Part shown: in pieces, positions 62,159 to 64,000 of the stretch
Position numbering within the stretch: the first letter of the stretch is position 1
How the letters are laid out: each line of letters opens with the position of its first letter
Origin: Chiloscyllium plagiosum
Taxonomy: Eukaryota
Direction of reading: 5' to 3'
Assembly: GCF_004010195.1 (NCBI RefSeq)
Contig: NC_057719.1
Location: 9,795,775 to 9,859,774, forward strand
Length of the DNA stretch: 64,000 bases
The notes under the pieces: generated by a model
Told to the model about the DNA's origin: nothing
What the model saw: only the letters and a program-made list of their open reading frames with translations
Databases searched by the model: none
Program-made: the position numbers and the translations under genes

Positions 62159-63214
62159 GAATTAATGTAACGTCTTTTTGCCAAATTGCAAACAGCAAAG
62201 CCCCACATAGAAGAAAGAGATAAACTGTTTCAATGCGGACTGATTTATGTCAGGATCAGTTAGGACTGTATTTGCTGAAATTTAAAAGGATGAGAGAGAA
62301 TCCTTTTAAACAGGATTAGACAGGGAAAACGCAGAAAGGATGTTCCCAATGACTAGAGAGTCTAGAACAAGGGGTCACAGACTAAGGATATGGGGTTGGC
62401 CATTTCGGACTGAGATGAGGAAATGTCTCTTCCCCCAGAGGCTGTTGAGCCTGTGGAATTCTCTGCCAAAGAAAGCGGTTAAGGCCAAAGCATTGAACGT
62501 TTTCAAGGAGGGGTTAGATATAATTCTAAGGGCTAAAGGGATCAAAGTTGTAGTGTTTTGAGTTAAACGATCAGCCACAACCATATTGAATGATCGCTCC
62601 TATGTTCTATGTAATGCTGGTTCAGGAATTGATTTTGTTTACAAGAGTATGAATTGAATAGCTTGCTGACTCTTGGCATTAATGTTTGGACATGACAAGT
62701 CACCAGTTGATCCAGAAATAGGAATAGAGGAACAGGAGGAGGCTATTCAGCCCCTTCACTATCTAATCAGACCATGGCTGATCTGTACCATAACTCTACC
62801 ACATTGCTCCCTTTGACAGTTCTGCCTAGCAAAGATTTAATTTTCAACTAATCACCAGCCCAAACAGATTTGAGAAGATAATTCGAGATTTCCATTACTG
62901 TGCGTAAAGGAATACTTTCTTACAGTAACCTCCAGGTACCCAATGCTATCTTTATACAGGCATATACCCTCGGTCAACAGAAATCCAAAGTCCCTGAGAC
63001 TATTTTCCAGAAAGAAGGTTGCACCTTCAGTCAAGAAAATTGAGGGAGCTAATGGCAGTGGGGAAAAAATATGCTTTACTGACTACATAGGATTGATACT
63101 GCATGGACGGAGACTACATTCCCGCAAACATTTCCTTGTACTGTCTGGATCTCAGAGGTCTGTGCATGGCACACACAGAATTCTGAGCACAAAGCTGTGC
63201 AGGGAACATTGGAT

Positions 63215-63880
63215 TGGGCATGGATAGGGTGGATAGTCTGAGTCTGTTTCCCAGGGTAGAGATGTCAAATACCAGCTGACAGAGGTTAAAGGTAAGGGGG
63301 GAAAGGTACAAGGGAATGGGTGAGGGGTGGCATGGTGGCTCAGTGGTTAGCACTGTTGCCTCATAGCATCAGTGACCTGGGTTCAATTCCAGCCTTGGGT
63401 GACTGTTGGTATGGAGTTTGCAGATTCTCCCCGTGTCTGCGTGAGTTTCAGCTGGGTGATCCAGTTTTCATTCACAGTCCAAAGATGTGCAATTCAGGTG
63501 AATTGGCGATGCTAAATTTCCCAGAACATTCAGGGATGTGTAGGTTGGGTATGTTAGTCACTGGAAATGTAGAGTAAAAGGGTAGGGGACTAGGTTTAGA
63601 TGGGATATACTTTGGAGGGTTGATGTGGACTTGTTGGGCCAAAATGGCCTGTTTCTATACTGTTTGGATTCTATGGAAGTTTATTTTTTACTCAGAAGGT
63701 GGTTGGTGTCTGGAAGGTGCTGCCAGGGAGGTGGTAGAGTGGATCTGATAGCAATGTTTAAGAAGCACTGAGACACGTGAACAGGCAGAGAATGAAGTGC
63801 AGGTAGATGGTATTAGCTCAGAATGACAGCATGGTGGGCCAAAGGGCCTGTTCCTGTGCTGCACTATCCGATGTTCTATG
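63215..63880 (+). mobile_element. CR1 3' fragment interrupted by an HE1-type SINE (~63325-63675)
   Basis: gggtggcatggtggctcagtggttagcac head inside a CR1 3' end. Confidence 0.85.
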
Positions 63881-64000
63881 AAAGGAGGCTATTCAGCCCA
63901 TTGTGTCTGCACTGGCTCGCTAAATCTTCTACTTTACCCCCAAACCTGTTCATTACTTCAATTTAAACAATAATCCAGTGTCTTCTTAAATACCTCAATT

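Overview
Repeat-dense vertebrate genomic DNA, almost certainly a shark/elasmobranch (HE1-type SINEs, HER1/CR1-type LINE fragments, Deu-domain SINE). The only host coding sequence I can support is one 384-nt internal exon of alpha-neurexin-3 (NRXN3, minus strand, 60882-61265; end of LNS3 plus EGF2), so 1-60881 appears to be one very large downstream intron and 61266-64000 the end of the upstream intron. The rest is a patchwork of decayed retroelements: many CR1 fragments and SINEs, a near full-length but disrupted L1, a Gypsy LTR relic and solo LTR, a rearranged Rex1/Babar LINE, Penelope-like pieces, a G-rich 30/60-bp minisatellite and two assembly gaps. Almost all ORFs in the track are TE remnants or noise. 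Most interesting: (1) a ~290-bp, ~95% identical local inverted duplication brackets the symmetric NRXN3 exon, a back-splicing/skipping configuration whose circle would be a stop-free 128-codon loop; (2) three families of short Penelope-type elements carry minimal hammerhead-ribozyme cores, including a tandem pair in the pre-mRNA sense; (3) several local templated duplications, two candidate poison micro-exons and a possible captured foreign fragment. None is shown to be functional; repeat names come from my recollection of consensus sequences, not a database search, and repeat boundaries are approximate.
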